Shown here one piece after another: positions 25,156-36,827 of a stretch of 64,000 bases of DNA. Position numbers and translations under genes: made by a program. This DNA comes from Eukaryota sp. GEM-RC1 (taxonomy: Eukaryota): contig JAUFOQ010000001.1 in NCBI GenBank assembly GCA_040285855.1, positions 558,001 to 622,000 on the forward strand. Reading direction: 5' to 3'. A model generated the notes under the pieces. That model saw nothing but the letters and a program-made list of their open reading frames with translations. It was not told the DNA's origin and ran no database searches. The stretch's first letter is position 1. The number at the start of each line of letters is the position of its first letter.

Positions 25156-25620
25156 ATGTTTCCTTCTCTTCTAGTATCTCCTCCCCACAGCATAACTCTA
25201 ATACACTATCTGCTTCGTTCTCACTGTTTACGGCCTCATTTAAGTACTTACGTTCACAGCAGTCTTTATGGATCTTGATCAATCTTCACGTGCTAATTTT
25301 TTAATATCCTCTCTCATTGTCAATTCTGAAGACTTCCGTCTTTCTCTCCGTCATTTGAAGCAAGAATTGCCCTCATTATTCAAAACAGTTAGTGTTGTTA
25401 GCCGTCGCATCTTTGAATCTGCTCATCAATCAGTCTACGTGTTTCTTCAATCAAACACGTTTCATGTGGTATATAAAGATCTTCCTTAACTACATTCACT
25501 TGCTCATCTCTTTGAAGCAGAGGTACAGTCTCATTTTTGACACGTGATTTGAGGGTTGGAATTAAAGCTGAGTAATCACAATGATCTTGAATTTTTGAAT
25601 TTATCTTTTGTCTCATTCTT
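25156..25620 (+). pseudogene. LRR-family N-terminal domain fragment
   Basis: LRHLKQELPSLFKTVSVVSRRIFESAHQSVYVFLQSNTFHVV matches the LRR-gene N-domain. Paralogous to 40241. Confidence 0.7.
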
Positions 25621-26329
25621 TTGAGATTTGTACTGTAGTTTGTTTTTTGCAGCTATTCAAGTCTGTGCTCGTTCTTTTTGTTTGTGTGTTAGTTTTGGTG
25701 GTAATGAAAGTAAATTTCATTACTTGTTTATACCTCTAAATTTATCATCAAACAAAGGAGAAATTTCATTTATGCTGATTTCCCAAATCTGTAAATCCTA
25801 CAAACTCATGTACTGATTTTGACAATGCAAATCTACTCAGTGGATTTCCACACCTATCACTGTTTTACCACTGAAACTTTTTTTCTACAGTAAATTATCG
25901 TCAGTGTTCGGACATGGTTTCTTAGTATGTCCTTGTTTCTTACATTGGTTCTACTTGTTCTTCCAACTCATTACGGTTTCGCTTTTTTTAACTCTAATTG
26001 GTGACAGGTACTGTAACATTTCAATTGAGTTGATCGACGGAATTCTTCACCAATCAACTTCGTAAAGTACAATATAAATACTGTCAGTTTACCATCGGAT
26101 GGATCTAACAAAGACTTGGTCAAGTATGTGTTGAATCTTTCCTTGACAACATGACCGATACTTCATATAGTGAAGAAGAATTGATCAGATCAATGAAGCT
26201 GACGATAGTGCTAAGCAATCCACACAAACTAAGTTTTGGATGGTTTGGGTAGCAAACATATCTATGCAAACATTGACTTGACAGTGTTTGATAACGATAC
26301 CAACTTAATCTACGTGTACTCAAGTTGGT

Positions 26330-26977
26330 GAGTACCTATAAAATCGTTCAAAGTCTTCTGTTCTAAAGCATGCTGTGTCAATAAAAACTAACTGGGATTG
26401 TGCAACTAGACTCACACTGTTGTTTTACACGGATTAAAACGGTGAAATCAACTGTATTCGAGCTCGTCGGACAATAGATTTAACAGTGATTCTTAGTCTA
26501 AAACAGATTTAACGAAGGCCTTATCTTCAGAGGTAAGTACTCCTAAATTGGCAACAATGATGTAAGTGTCCTTATATTCATCGTCAGGATTTATCCATTG
26601 AGATATGGTAGCTTGCTTCATAGTGAAGAAGAAAGCAGCTTCTGCTTGAGTTTTGCTCAACAAACCTTCAAACCTTTTTCTTTCTACTCTTTCAATTTTC
26701 CTGAATATTAAATTTTGATCACAAACTTTCTGACTATATCAATTAAAGCACCTTTACTCCGTAGTACTTTTTGAACTGAATTGATATATTCAAAATGTGT
26801 GCTTAACATCTCCCCTTCAAGTAGAGACTCAATTTTTTTTGATTTTCCTTCTTTTTCTTTTTGTTGTTTGTATATATATGAAACAACTTGATTAGTTCAC
26901 ACTCCAACATTTCCAGCATTGTTTTTCTCACACCAAAAGAATTTTGAATTGAGAATAGTAATAGAATTGGCAAAACC
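26330..26977 (-). mobile_element. IS630/Tc1-type transposase remnant
   Basis: TISQWINP HTH region and LVFID motif. Homologous to 41040-41797 including the terminal TTTTGCCAATTCTA. Confidence 0.65.
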
Positions 26978-26979
26978 GA

Positions 26980-27990
26980 CAAAGTCTAGTAGATAAGATT
27001 TCTTTTCAATTATGTAAGCACTGCAAGATATTGAACAGTTTCTGTCCAACCATTGATAACTATAGCAAATTCGGTTCCAAGAGGCTAAATAATGAATGAC
27101 ATTAATTAAATTCCATTTTAGAGATTTTCCATCGTCTACAAGTGTTCTACGAATGGTCAACGAAAGAGCCGTCTATGACTGAATCGAAACTATTTTCGAA
27201 GCGAAGCTTATTTTTAAATAGAATATTCTTCTTACCACCAACGAAAGCACTTTTACATAAATACTCAGCTCTTGGAAAACCAACAACGCCAAATTTTGGA
27301 CTGAAAAAGGCTTGATAAGAAATTTTAGAACTATTGGTGTTAACCAAATTCCCCAAAAGTTGAATTCGCAAAGAGTTGGAATTATCAGCAAAACCAAGAG
27401 AAAGCTCAGCTGGTAAAGATCTAAGAAGATGATTGATTTTCGGTCCAAAACAGACCGAAAGTACTGAAAAAAGCCAAGTTGTTATCGATCTTGAGATCTT
27501 GTATAGTATGCGATTGAACTTTGATTTTCTGTAGATAATTCTTGAACACACTCTCAATCTGCAAATGATTGCCAAAATAGGAACCCAAAAATACGGACTG
27601 CTTCAGTGTTGCAGTCCACAAACCGGATTGATTGCTCACCATACTTAAGTTCATCAAACCGCTTTCCAATTAGAAAACAGTTCGGTAGTTTAATTTCTAA
27701 ACCAATTGATTGAGAGACACTTACAAAGTGTTTTAAACCATCCTTAAGAGAAAATAAAGCACCAATAAGAGAAGAATCATCAGCGTAAGCATACAATTGA
27801 ATATCAGCAAATCTATCTATAAACTTAATTAAAATTGATTGAAGAGCCAATCAAAAGAAAAAGGATCCTAGAGGATCTTTTTGAGTGATCTTCTTGTGGA
27901 GGAAATCACTTCAGAATGAAAAACAAGATTAGATGGAGATTCATACATCAGTTTAAAATATGGCAAAAGAGTTGTTCCAAAACATACAAT
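26980..27990 (-). mobile_element. Degenerate CRE-like non-LTR RT fragment
   Basis: DPLGSFFF..ALQ, YAYADD, KINHLLRSLP, PKFGVVG. Related to 15358-16500. Confidence 0.75.
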
Positions 27991-29007
27991 ACTTACACGA
28001 AAGATATAATTGAAAGTATTCTTATAATACACGTTCAAAAACCACGTTTTTTATACTATAATAATAAGGTATCATAATATGGTACATTGTAGTTCTATGG
28101 CAGTACAAAGCCTATCGTTTGTTTTACATACACATACATAAAATGACTTTTGTTGGTCTCAATTGTTCCAATGTAATAAGGCTGAACAAAAGTATGCAAA
28201 CAGATCTGAAACAGCTGCTACCATGAATGGTTTCACTTAGTATAGTTAGATGTGAGTCTAAATGTAGACTGAGAGCAATTATTGTCGTCGTTGTAGATTT
28301 CATGTACAAATAGTTTCTACACCAATCAGTAAGTAATTATAAAAATCCGATGTAGACAACAGTGTGAAGTAGCGTTGGTGAAGAAGAAACAGTGTATGAA
28401 CTGGACGAATCTCATCTATCCATATTTTAACATAATGCCGAGCACAAACAACAATTATGCGTACAGTATCAACCTGCCGCGACTTTTACTAGTCGAATCA
28501 TCGCAGAACAGATTACAACAAAACATGAAACAAAACTAGGAAACAAGTGACATGACGTGTTTCTTCATTTAGATGTTTTCTTTAACACAATGGTGATAAG
28601 CATAACTACAAAAACACAATCGTACATAGTAATTTATTCATCACCAATGATCTTAAGTCAAGCTAGTAACCTGAGGGTTCCATCACTGATAACTTAGAAC
28701 AATGAGTAGTTAATGTCTTCTAAATAATAATTACAATGAGAACAAACAAACTCATTTAACACATAATTGATAGTCTTCAGGATTTTTATTATGATTCTAT
28801 CGTTTCAAAAAAGCTCTGCCACCGGACAAACATTGGAATCCGTGTCCAGTCAAAGTTCAAAAAAATTGTATCGTATTGATGGCAACAGTATCATTTACAA
28901 CAGCTGTATTGTGCGTCAGTTATCACATAGAGTAGAATTGATCTTTGCCAATAATTCGTCTTTATTGGTGAGCTTATGGGATATGTCAAAGAGATGAGAG
29001 AACTTTA

Positions 29008-30309
29008 TTATGAAGATTCCCGGTTACTGAATCGCTTCCATAACTCCAAAAATATAACAACAACAACTAAAACTGCTATAGTAGAATTGTCCAACCCAAA
29101 CAAACGGTCTTGCGAGTCTGTTATTAGTGGTAGACACGGTTGACACACGACCACATGTTTGGTAGTGTTGGAGTGTGTATTTGTCAATGTTTTAGCATAT
29201 TTTTCTCCAATAGGGTTAAGCCCCAAATTAATGTTTGTTACCATATCGTTGACTTGTAATGCGGTTGACAATTCTCTAGCACCTTTATATCCGATACAGT
29301 TGTGGCTTAGATCAATACTTGTTATTGTAGCACTCACTGTTAACAGATCTGCCATTGCTCTAGCACCTTCATCTCTAATTGAGTTGCCGCTCAGATTAAT
29401 ACTTGTAACAGATGTATTTTCTGTTAAGGCATCTGCCAGTGCGATGGCACCTTCAACATCGATAGAGTTGTCACTAAGATCAATACTGGTCAAAGTAGAA
29501 TTGATTTTTAATGCATCTGCTATTGCTCTAGCACCTTCATCTCTAACAGAATTGCGGTTCAGATTAATACTTGTAACAGATGTATTGACTTTTAAGGCAT
29601 CTGCCAGTGCGATGACACCTTGAGGTCCAATAGAACACATTGATAAACAAGCACTTGTAACTGTGTCGGTAACCTTCATCACATCAATAAACTTCACAAA
29701 AACCGAACGTTGAACATAAAGATTAAGTTCCTTAAGACATGGAAAGAAGTCAGAAGACTTGTAAAGAAAATCCAAATCATTGGGGTCTGCGAAAAACACT
29801 CGCAAACCGGTAATGACATGGGAATAACTAATGAAATTTTCAACTTTAAAATCGAAAGCGTTTACGAATACAGACTGTATTTCTGAGTCAAAGAGAGAAG
29901 CAAGTGAAAAAAGCTCAGGAAGATCTTCAGAAACAATGTGAAAGGTGTTAGTTCGAAAAAATTCTTTAACAGCTAACACGGCAGTTTCCAAGAAACGCTG
30001 ACTTACATAACCACAATGGTGCAAGAAGGTGGTGAATCCCTGCTTCAAACTTAGGAGACAGCGTTGGGGATAACGAAGAACTTCATCTTCAGGAGGATTT
30101 GAAAGATGTTTTAACAAGTGGAGATGGATTAAAAAGAGTATTGACTGCTGAAAACTGAAGACTCTCGGAGAGCTATTAAAAGAGGATGGTGAAGTGGACA
30201 GTACATCATAATGAGGATGAGGAGGTGAGATTCTAGAAGAGGAGCACACATCCAACACAGCATTGGCAGTATCTGATTGCGTATCACCTATAGATTGACT
30301 GGTTCGCAT
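29008..30309 (-). CDS. Intact RNI-type LRR protein (433 aa) with N-domain and C-terminal TM anchor
   Basis: Uninterrupted ORF with FQQSILFLIHLHLL N-domain, about 6 28-aa LRRs and a hydrophobic tail IAVLVVVVIFLELW followed by basic residues. Confidence 0.88.
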   Translation of the reverse strand: MRTSQSIGDTQSDTANAVLDVCSSSRISPPHPHYDVLSTSPSSFNSSPRVFSFQQSILFLIHLHLLKHLSNPPEDEVLRYPQRCLLSLKQGFTTFLHHCGYVSQRFLETAVLAVKEFFRTNTFHIVSEDLPELFSLASLFDSEIQSVFVNAFDFKVENFISYSHVITGLRVFFADPNDLDFLYKSSDFFPCLKELNLYVQRSVFVKFIDVMKVTDTVTSACLSMCSIGPQGVIALADALKVNTSVTSINLNRNSVRDEGARAIADALKINSTLTSIDLSDNSIDVEGAIALADALTENTSVTSINLSGNSIRDEGARAMADLLTVSATITSIDLSHNCIGYKGARELSTALQVNDMVTNINLGLNPIGEKYAKTLTNTHSNTTKHVVVCQPCLPLITDSQDRLFGLDNSTIAVLVVVVIFLELWKRFSNRESS

Positions 30310-30395
30310 AGAAGCAAGGTTAAGTTTGAGATGTTGAATGTTGAGACTTTCACTACTCTCTGATTATTGACTCGAACTGCTGTTAATGTGGTTTC

Positions 30396-31612
30396 ATGTC
30401 GTCGTTCTATCTTCCTCCAGCAGAAACTCTTTCCATCATTCTCGTTGAACCCTCTCTTTGTGACCAAACCATTTCATTCGGCGAGGAATTCATCGAGGTA
30501 AACAAATCTGTCCTTGCTGTCCACTCAGCGTACTTCCGATCCCTCTGCTTCTTAGAGTTTGAGGATAAACTCGAGAATCCCATCGACTTCTCCCATCTTT
30601 CCGTCGATTCCAACAACTTCTTCGCTTTCCTCAAGTCCTTCTTCGGAAAGTCATTTATCCTCAACGAAAGCAACACCTACAACTTCTTTTACCTCGTCCA
30701 CTACTTCCAAGTGGACAAACTCATTCACCAACGTCGAAAACCACCTAAACACTCATCTCTTAACCTAGACTTGGTTAAAACCATTCATTAAAGAAGCAGA
30801 TGAAAGAATTGCCTTGAGAGCTCTGGAATTCGTTGGTCCTTTCTTAACTAAGATTGATGACGTGATGGCAATCACTACTGAAGGGTATAAAACTCTTGTC
30901 AAATATTGCACTTCCACTCAATCACAGTCGGTGTTCATCAAATCAATGGTGGAATCAATTTTAACTCAAAATTTCGATTTGAATGAGTTTTTTTAATGTT
31001 TTAAATTCATGTTCAATTGAAGTTTTTTCTTTTCAACAATGGATTGAGTATCTCTTTGTGCCTTTAAAAGATGTCAAAGACTTAAGAGACGGAATTGAAG
31101 AAATAAAAAGCATAACTACACGATCTCTGTGTCAATCAAAAATGATTAGATTCTCTCAAACTAGGAAACATTCTGAGTTACATGTTAGTGTTGATGGAAT
31201 GAGAGTTGATTATGGAAGTGGTAATCGTGTGTGTAGAAATATCTTGGGAGAAGATCCACTTCTTCCAGGTAATGTTTATACTTGGAAGTTGAGGTACCAG
31301 GGGATTACTCGTAGTCTTGTTGTTGGAGTCATTGACGAGTCAAAGTTCAATGCTAATGGTGGTGCTGGAAATGCTCAATGTTTTAGTAATGGAAATAACG
31401 TTTAACGTTGTCTCTCAGGAAACAGTACCAAGTGGAATCCTGGTGAACTACTCGAAATCAATGTAAACCTAATTAATTACACTTTAACAGTCAAATCTGT
31501 GAATAATTCTTCAATTAATCTTACTGGAACTCTTCCCAGATTTAGTAGTGGCAATTATTATCCATATGCTAGGTTACATCGTAGTGATCATGTACTTGAA
31601 CTCGTTGAATAA
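30396..31612 (+). pseudogene. BTB/POZ and SPRY-like gene, two frameshifts and one stop
   Basis: BTB DQTISF..IEVNKSVLAVHSAYFRSL..HYFQVDKL. SPRY VYTWKL..VVGV..WNPGELL..YYPY. Frameshifts near 30725 and 30990 (T-run). TAA at 31403-31405. Confidence 0.82.
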
Positions 31613-32559
31613 AGTTGATAACATTGTTATTGTGGGTAAGTCTCCTCTGTTAAACAGTGATTTAAATTGATTTAAACATTCTAGTTGTTGAATTAAATGT
31701 TGCAGCTAGTAGATCAAACTTAATCAGAAGAGTCGATATTGTAGCCACGCGTTACACCGATGTATGAATACACCGACCGCTTTTCAAACATTTTGTAGCC
31801 AATTCAAAATTGATCCAAAAGCCCAGAAGAAGTTCTGAAACAATTGTCTTCAGAACAGATTCTTTACTGATCTTATAACAATATCAAAGTAAATGGCCAA
31901 GTAAATGGCCACCTGGTATTTGTTCGGGTATTTTTGATGATTTGTTTTGTTTAGTTTGGTTGTGAGACCCTTATAATTTTAGTCGTTGGTGTTTATTTAA
32001 TAGAAAATTCTCACCATGACTTTTGCGACAGGTTCCTTAGGTTGAGTTATTTTCTGTTTTTCAGTATATTTTTCAGGGAGTGGCTGTAGTTTCCAAGTAT
32101 GTGTAAAACTATATAAGAAAAATCTCAGATCTTCAGTTGTCATACAAAATGAAAATATTGTTGTGGTGTAGAATACAGTATCTGCTATCCTAATTCATGT
32201 ATGCATGTGACTGAAGGGCTGGAGATCTTAGATGAACTTCTTAACAGTTTAATTCTAAATACGTTGCTTCCTTTTTAGTTATAGACTTTTATGACTTTCC
32301 GAATGGTGTTATGAAATTTTATGACCTTTAAAACGTATCCCAAAAGAAGTTCATATATTGGCCCAAATATACAATTCAACACACTATTATGCTGATGTCC
32401 AGTTGAAATTCAGTAAAGAAGTGTTTTCTCTTTGGCTTTGTAAGTTCGCTAGTTACAGAAGAAGTTTGTTTGGTTTCACGAAAGCTTGGACTTTAAAAAC
32501 CGTATTGGATTGGCTAAGACTAAGAGTCCCAATTTTTGTGCTTTTTTGAATGATATTGC

Positions 32560-33330
32560 TTCAAGCTCCGCGTCTTCTTCTTTTACTTGTTTCTCGTTTC
32601 CCACGAAAATTTTGTCTTAATCCGAAGGATCACGAAATAGTTTATAAACATGAGACTAAGATAAGGTTTATGGCCTTCAGGTCTTTTGAAGCATTCTCCA
32701 TGTCTTTGTGGTCGTTCAAAGGCTTCCAATTTTCATCATATAGTTAAATGTCATCATTTTATTCATTTGAGATCAAGTAATCACAACAGTATCCGGGGTA
32801 CCGGATCGGATATGTTTAAAGCTAATGGTTTACTCCCGGAAAAATTGAACCTATTCCTGATAATCTTTGTGATCAGACAAAAGTTCATAGAAGTCGTGGT
32901 GATTTGATTCGTCAAATCTGGTTATGTTGTCAGGAAATTATCATGGATTTCACAACTGTTGATCCTGATAATTCAAGATCAATTCAACCGTTTTGATGAT
33001 GATTTTTCTGCTCTTGAAGTGGCTTAAAAAGTAAAAATACCAAGTACTGTCACTTGATTAACCAATTGAATGTTGACAGGGACAATTCTTTTGTGTTTCA
33101 ACAGTTTTTGTTGTAGACCATGTTCGTTTGATGAATAAATAACCCATTCACAGTTTGCGATGTCGATACACGGTAATGTTTATTGCTGGACTAGCCTGCA
33201 CAAGGTTTTTTAAATTTCTTTGGTAAATTGTGTTCTGAGTACGGTAAAGTTTTTAATGGAAATTTTTGGTTGAATAGGTTTGTTTTGTTCAATGTCCAGA
33301 TATTTTACTTCAATTTTAGGTAAGTTGTTC
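32560..33330 (+). mobile_element. Non-LTR retrotransposon 3' remnant (CCHC and restriction-like endonuclease)
   Basis: CLCGRS..HIVKC..HNSIR, RGDL, DFTTVDP and K..KY motifs. Degenerate. Duplicated at ~51108-51878. Confidence 0.65.
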
Positions 33331-33519
33331 GGTGATGGACAGAAGGATCATAGTTTAGATACTTTAGTTAGTGTCTGATAGTTATTTATTTTTTCAAATG
33401 TATTAATTTCACTGATCATAAACCCTATTGTGTTTTTATGCTGATAATATGTACAATTGATGAAATAAGGAATTGTGTATCTACTGCTAACTATGAGCAA
33501 AGTGTAGTCAGATTTTAAC

Positions 33520-34449
33520 CATACCTAGGAAATACAGATACACTGTATCATGTATCTGTATCTGTATTCTGTATTTGTATCTGTATCCTAACATTGATTT
33601 GTATCGTGTATTTTGTGTATTTGTGTATTTTCTTACAAACCCTTCAATTGAAACTGACAAAGAAGCTCCCACCAGTCTACTGCAATAATAAACAGCGTCC
33701 ACAAATTTGCCTCAAGGATCAAAAAGACATCAGATGTGTATCCAACTCGAAATTGTTAGATGAACACACACAATAGCATTTGTTTTTTCCTTATTCCTCA
33801 ATTTACTAGTATCTTCTTTCCAATCATCTCTCTGATGTTAAAGCAACATCTCATTTCGGTGTACAGAAGAATATCTTATAGAAGGAAAACCTCAGTATAA
33901 CAGGAAAAGAAGTCTTTCGAATGACAGTCACACTGATGATAACTGAGTTTTGAAGTAATTTACAACCTTAGACTTTAACTGACATCAAAATAGATGTATC
34001 TGTGATACCTTTTGGTACAACGGGAAAAGAAATACTTTTTATAAATAAAATATAAGGACTTCAAAGCTGTCCCAACTAATCGAGAGAAATAGAAAGGCAT
34101 ATTCCTATAAATGGAAAACACTCTTCGGCTTTTCCATTCAGCCATTCCAAACTTACGCTTCTTTTCGTTACACAGCTCTTCGAAATCCTTGGACAATTGA
34201 TCACCAGCAGGACTAATCGATCCAAAACGAGAAACAACAAAAGATTGGAACACAAATTTGGAATACATGTGATCCAATATATGGCTAACTGTGTTTATGA
34301 TACAAACTTATCTAACAACAATCAGAAGTATAATGCCACGTCAACAGTAGAATCTTATGACCAATGATGTCTTTGTATCTGTATCTGTATTTTTGTATCT
34401 GTATTCTGTATTTGTATTTGGAAATGTTTTCCTGTATTTCCTAGGTATG
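33520..34449. mobile_element. hAT-type non-autonomous element carrying non-LTR fragments
   Basis: TIR CATACCTAGGAAATACAG, TSD attttaac, TGTATC/TGTATT subterminal repeats. Internal FVVSRFGSISPAG RLE C-terminal fragment (33975-34277). Confidence 0.88.
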
Positions 34450-36827
34450 ATTTTAACAGTCAATAATTTTAGATCAGATGTCTGGAAGTGAAGGAATGAA
34501 GAAACTGGAAGTAACCCAAAGATGATTATGGAGATATAATAGATTTGATGTGAAAAGCGAAACTCAGAAGGAAAATTTACGAAAATGAAACGAACATTTT
34601 AACGAAATTTTATAAGATACACCAAACACTCTCAGCTCAATTACTGAGGACGAAGTGGTATGTCCATGGATTCACTGCCTCGCATTTGCTGAATCTCTGG
34701 GCTGGCTTACATGAGAACTTTGGTGCATAAGAGAATGCCACACTTAACAGTGTTCCTTCATCATCATCCATGGTATAGTCGATCTAGCAGGGAACAGCTT
34801 CATAAGAACATCCTTCATAACTAGCAAATCCCCTTGTTTGAGGAAATATTTCATTATCAGGATACTGGGTCCAATGACCTTTAATGAGATGAAAAGATAG
34901 ACATTACCGCCAGGAGGCAAAACTGCCCGGACCAATCGGATAGGTTTGTCAGACCTGTTGTCTAACACCATTAAGCATTCTAGAGCATCGGCATATTGCT
35001 CTTGTAGAATGAAAAGAAGAAAGAAAATGGAAAAAAGAGCGAGAATATCGAAACGAATGGGGAAAATGAAGTCCATGAGTGAAAACGGATTCGCGACGAC
35101 TCTTGGTCTGATACGTGTCATTCGCATTCCTTTCATTAGACCTTCACTCGACCGTTGAATACATCACCAACACATTTCGTTCATTCCAATGGCGATGTCT
35201 GTTTGGATGTGGTGTTGCTCTTTCAGTGGATTTCCAGTTTGTGTACTGAACAACTATATATGATGACCTGAAGGTACAATTATGAATGCATCGTATATGT
35301 TCTCAAATCAAGAACGAGAAATCCAATTATACATATACACATATATTTTGATAGAAGAATTTAACATACAACAGGTTCAGGTTCAGATTCAAAACACTAA
35401 CGTTCATGAACGGAAGCACCAAGAGTGTTCTAGACACACGTAACCTCACCTTTTTGGATCTAACATACTCCACTTCACGGAAAATCATTTGTAATGTTCT
35501 TCCAGTGTTCGCTGAAGGAGAATCTGGCATCGCCAACCTAACATACCATGCGTTCTGGTCGTTATATGTATCAGATGTGTAACCAAGTATCATGTCCATT
35601 CCAACTGGTAACATTAAGTTAAACCAGTGACAAACAGAATTTTGGGCTGTGTCACGAGCAGGAACAGGGACGGGGTATAGTTTACCAAGGGGGCATAATA
35701 TTCCCTTGATCTTTGGTGCAAGGATACCTTTAGAGGTTACTACGATTGCACCAATGCCAAGAACAACTGATACTGTTGTTCCAGTTTTTATGAGGTACTT
35801 GGAGCTGCTCATTTTTTCCTTGACAATAAATTACCAATGTGTTTTTGTAGTTTGTTGTCGCCGACATTCATCAGTAGCACAAGATCATTTACTTTGAAAG
35901 ATGGGGAAGAAGCACACTTAATGCGTTTTTCCTGATGTTTCGTTGCTTCTTCTTTCAATCTTCGGAGGGAATCGTTCAAGTCGCATCTAAATAACTAACA
36001 ACATAAACAGTGGTGAAAAGATGTGAATAACTCAAATATATACGATTTGAATGAAAAATTTAAATGTTTTCTTCAGTTCTTTATACTGAAACAGCGGTTT
36101 TAATCCCAAAATATGTTACGCAATCATTCAAATGAGCTCTCAGTGCCAGGGAATACTAATAAATATTCAAATAAACATGATATTGTAATTCGATGAAACA
36201 CATATTTATGATGGTTATACATGAGCGAGCTGTAGATTAGTTTCCTTTTAACAGGCGTAAAGTGTGTTGTAAAAACACCAAAATCTTGGTTCTTTCAGTG
36301 CTAACACAATTTCGTAGTTTGTTGTGAATATCGATATGTAAAAAGTGGTGCAGACTCTTTTAAGGTAGAAGACACAACCCACCAGTCACTTGTGAAACTA
36401 AGCAAATGTGGTTTTAGACAACTATGAACTATTAATGTCATCCGTTTAAGATTTTTCAGAACTCAGCAAAAACAATATCCACCTTAATTTGAATGAGTGG
36501 TAGAACCAAAACTGAATAATTTATATCAGAAATAATGCGTGTAGAACCATCGTTTCCTTATGAAAGATCGATGTACATCACTCTAGTCATCCATCAAGGT
36601 TTGATCTACGTTGTTTGCAGTAACCACAAGTCAGTTGGCAATTGAACACCGTCTTCGAGTTCTTTTAGGAATTCTTATATATGTGGAATCCTCGTACGTC
36701 AGTTGTGACTTGTGCCTTGCAAATAGGTCTGGTTTGATGATGGTTTCTAAGACTTCGTTTTCATCACATCAAGTAAACTTAAACATCGTAAGACTGATAT
36801 GAACATTCTGGCAATAACTACACACGT

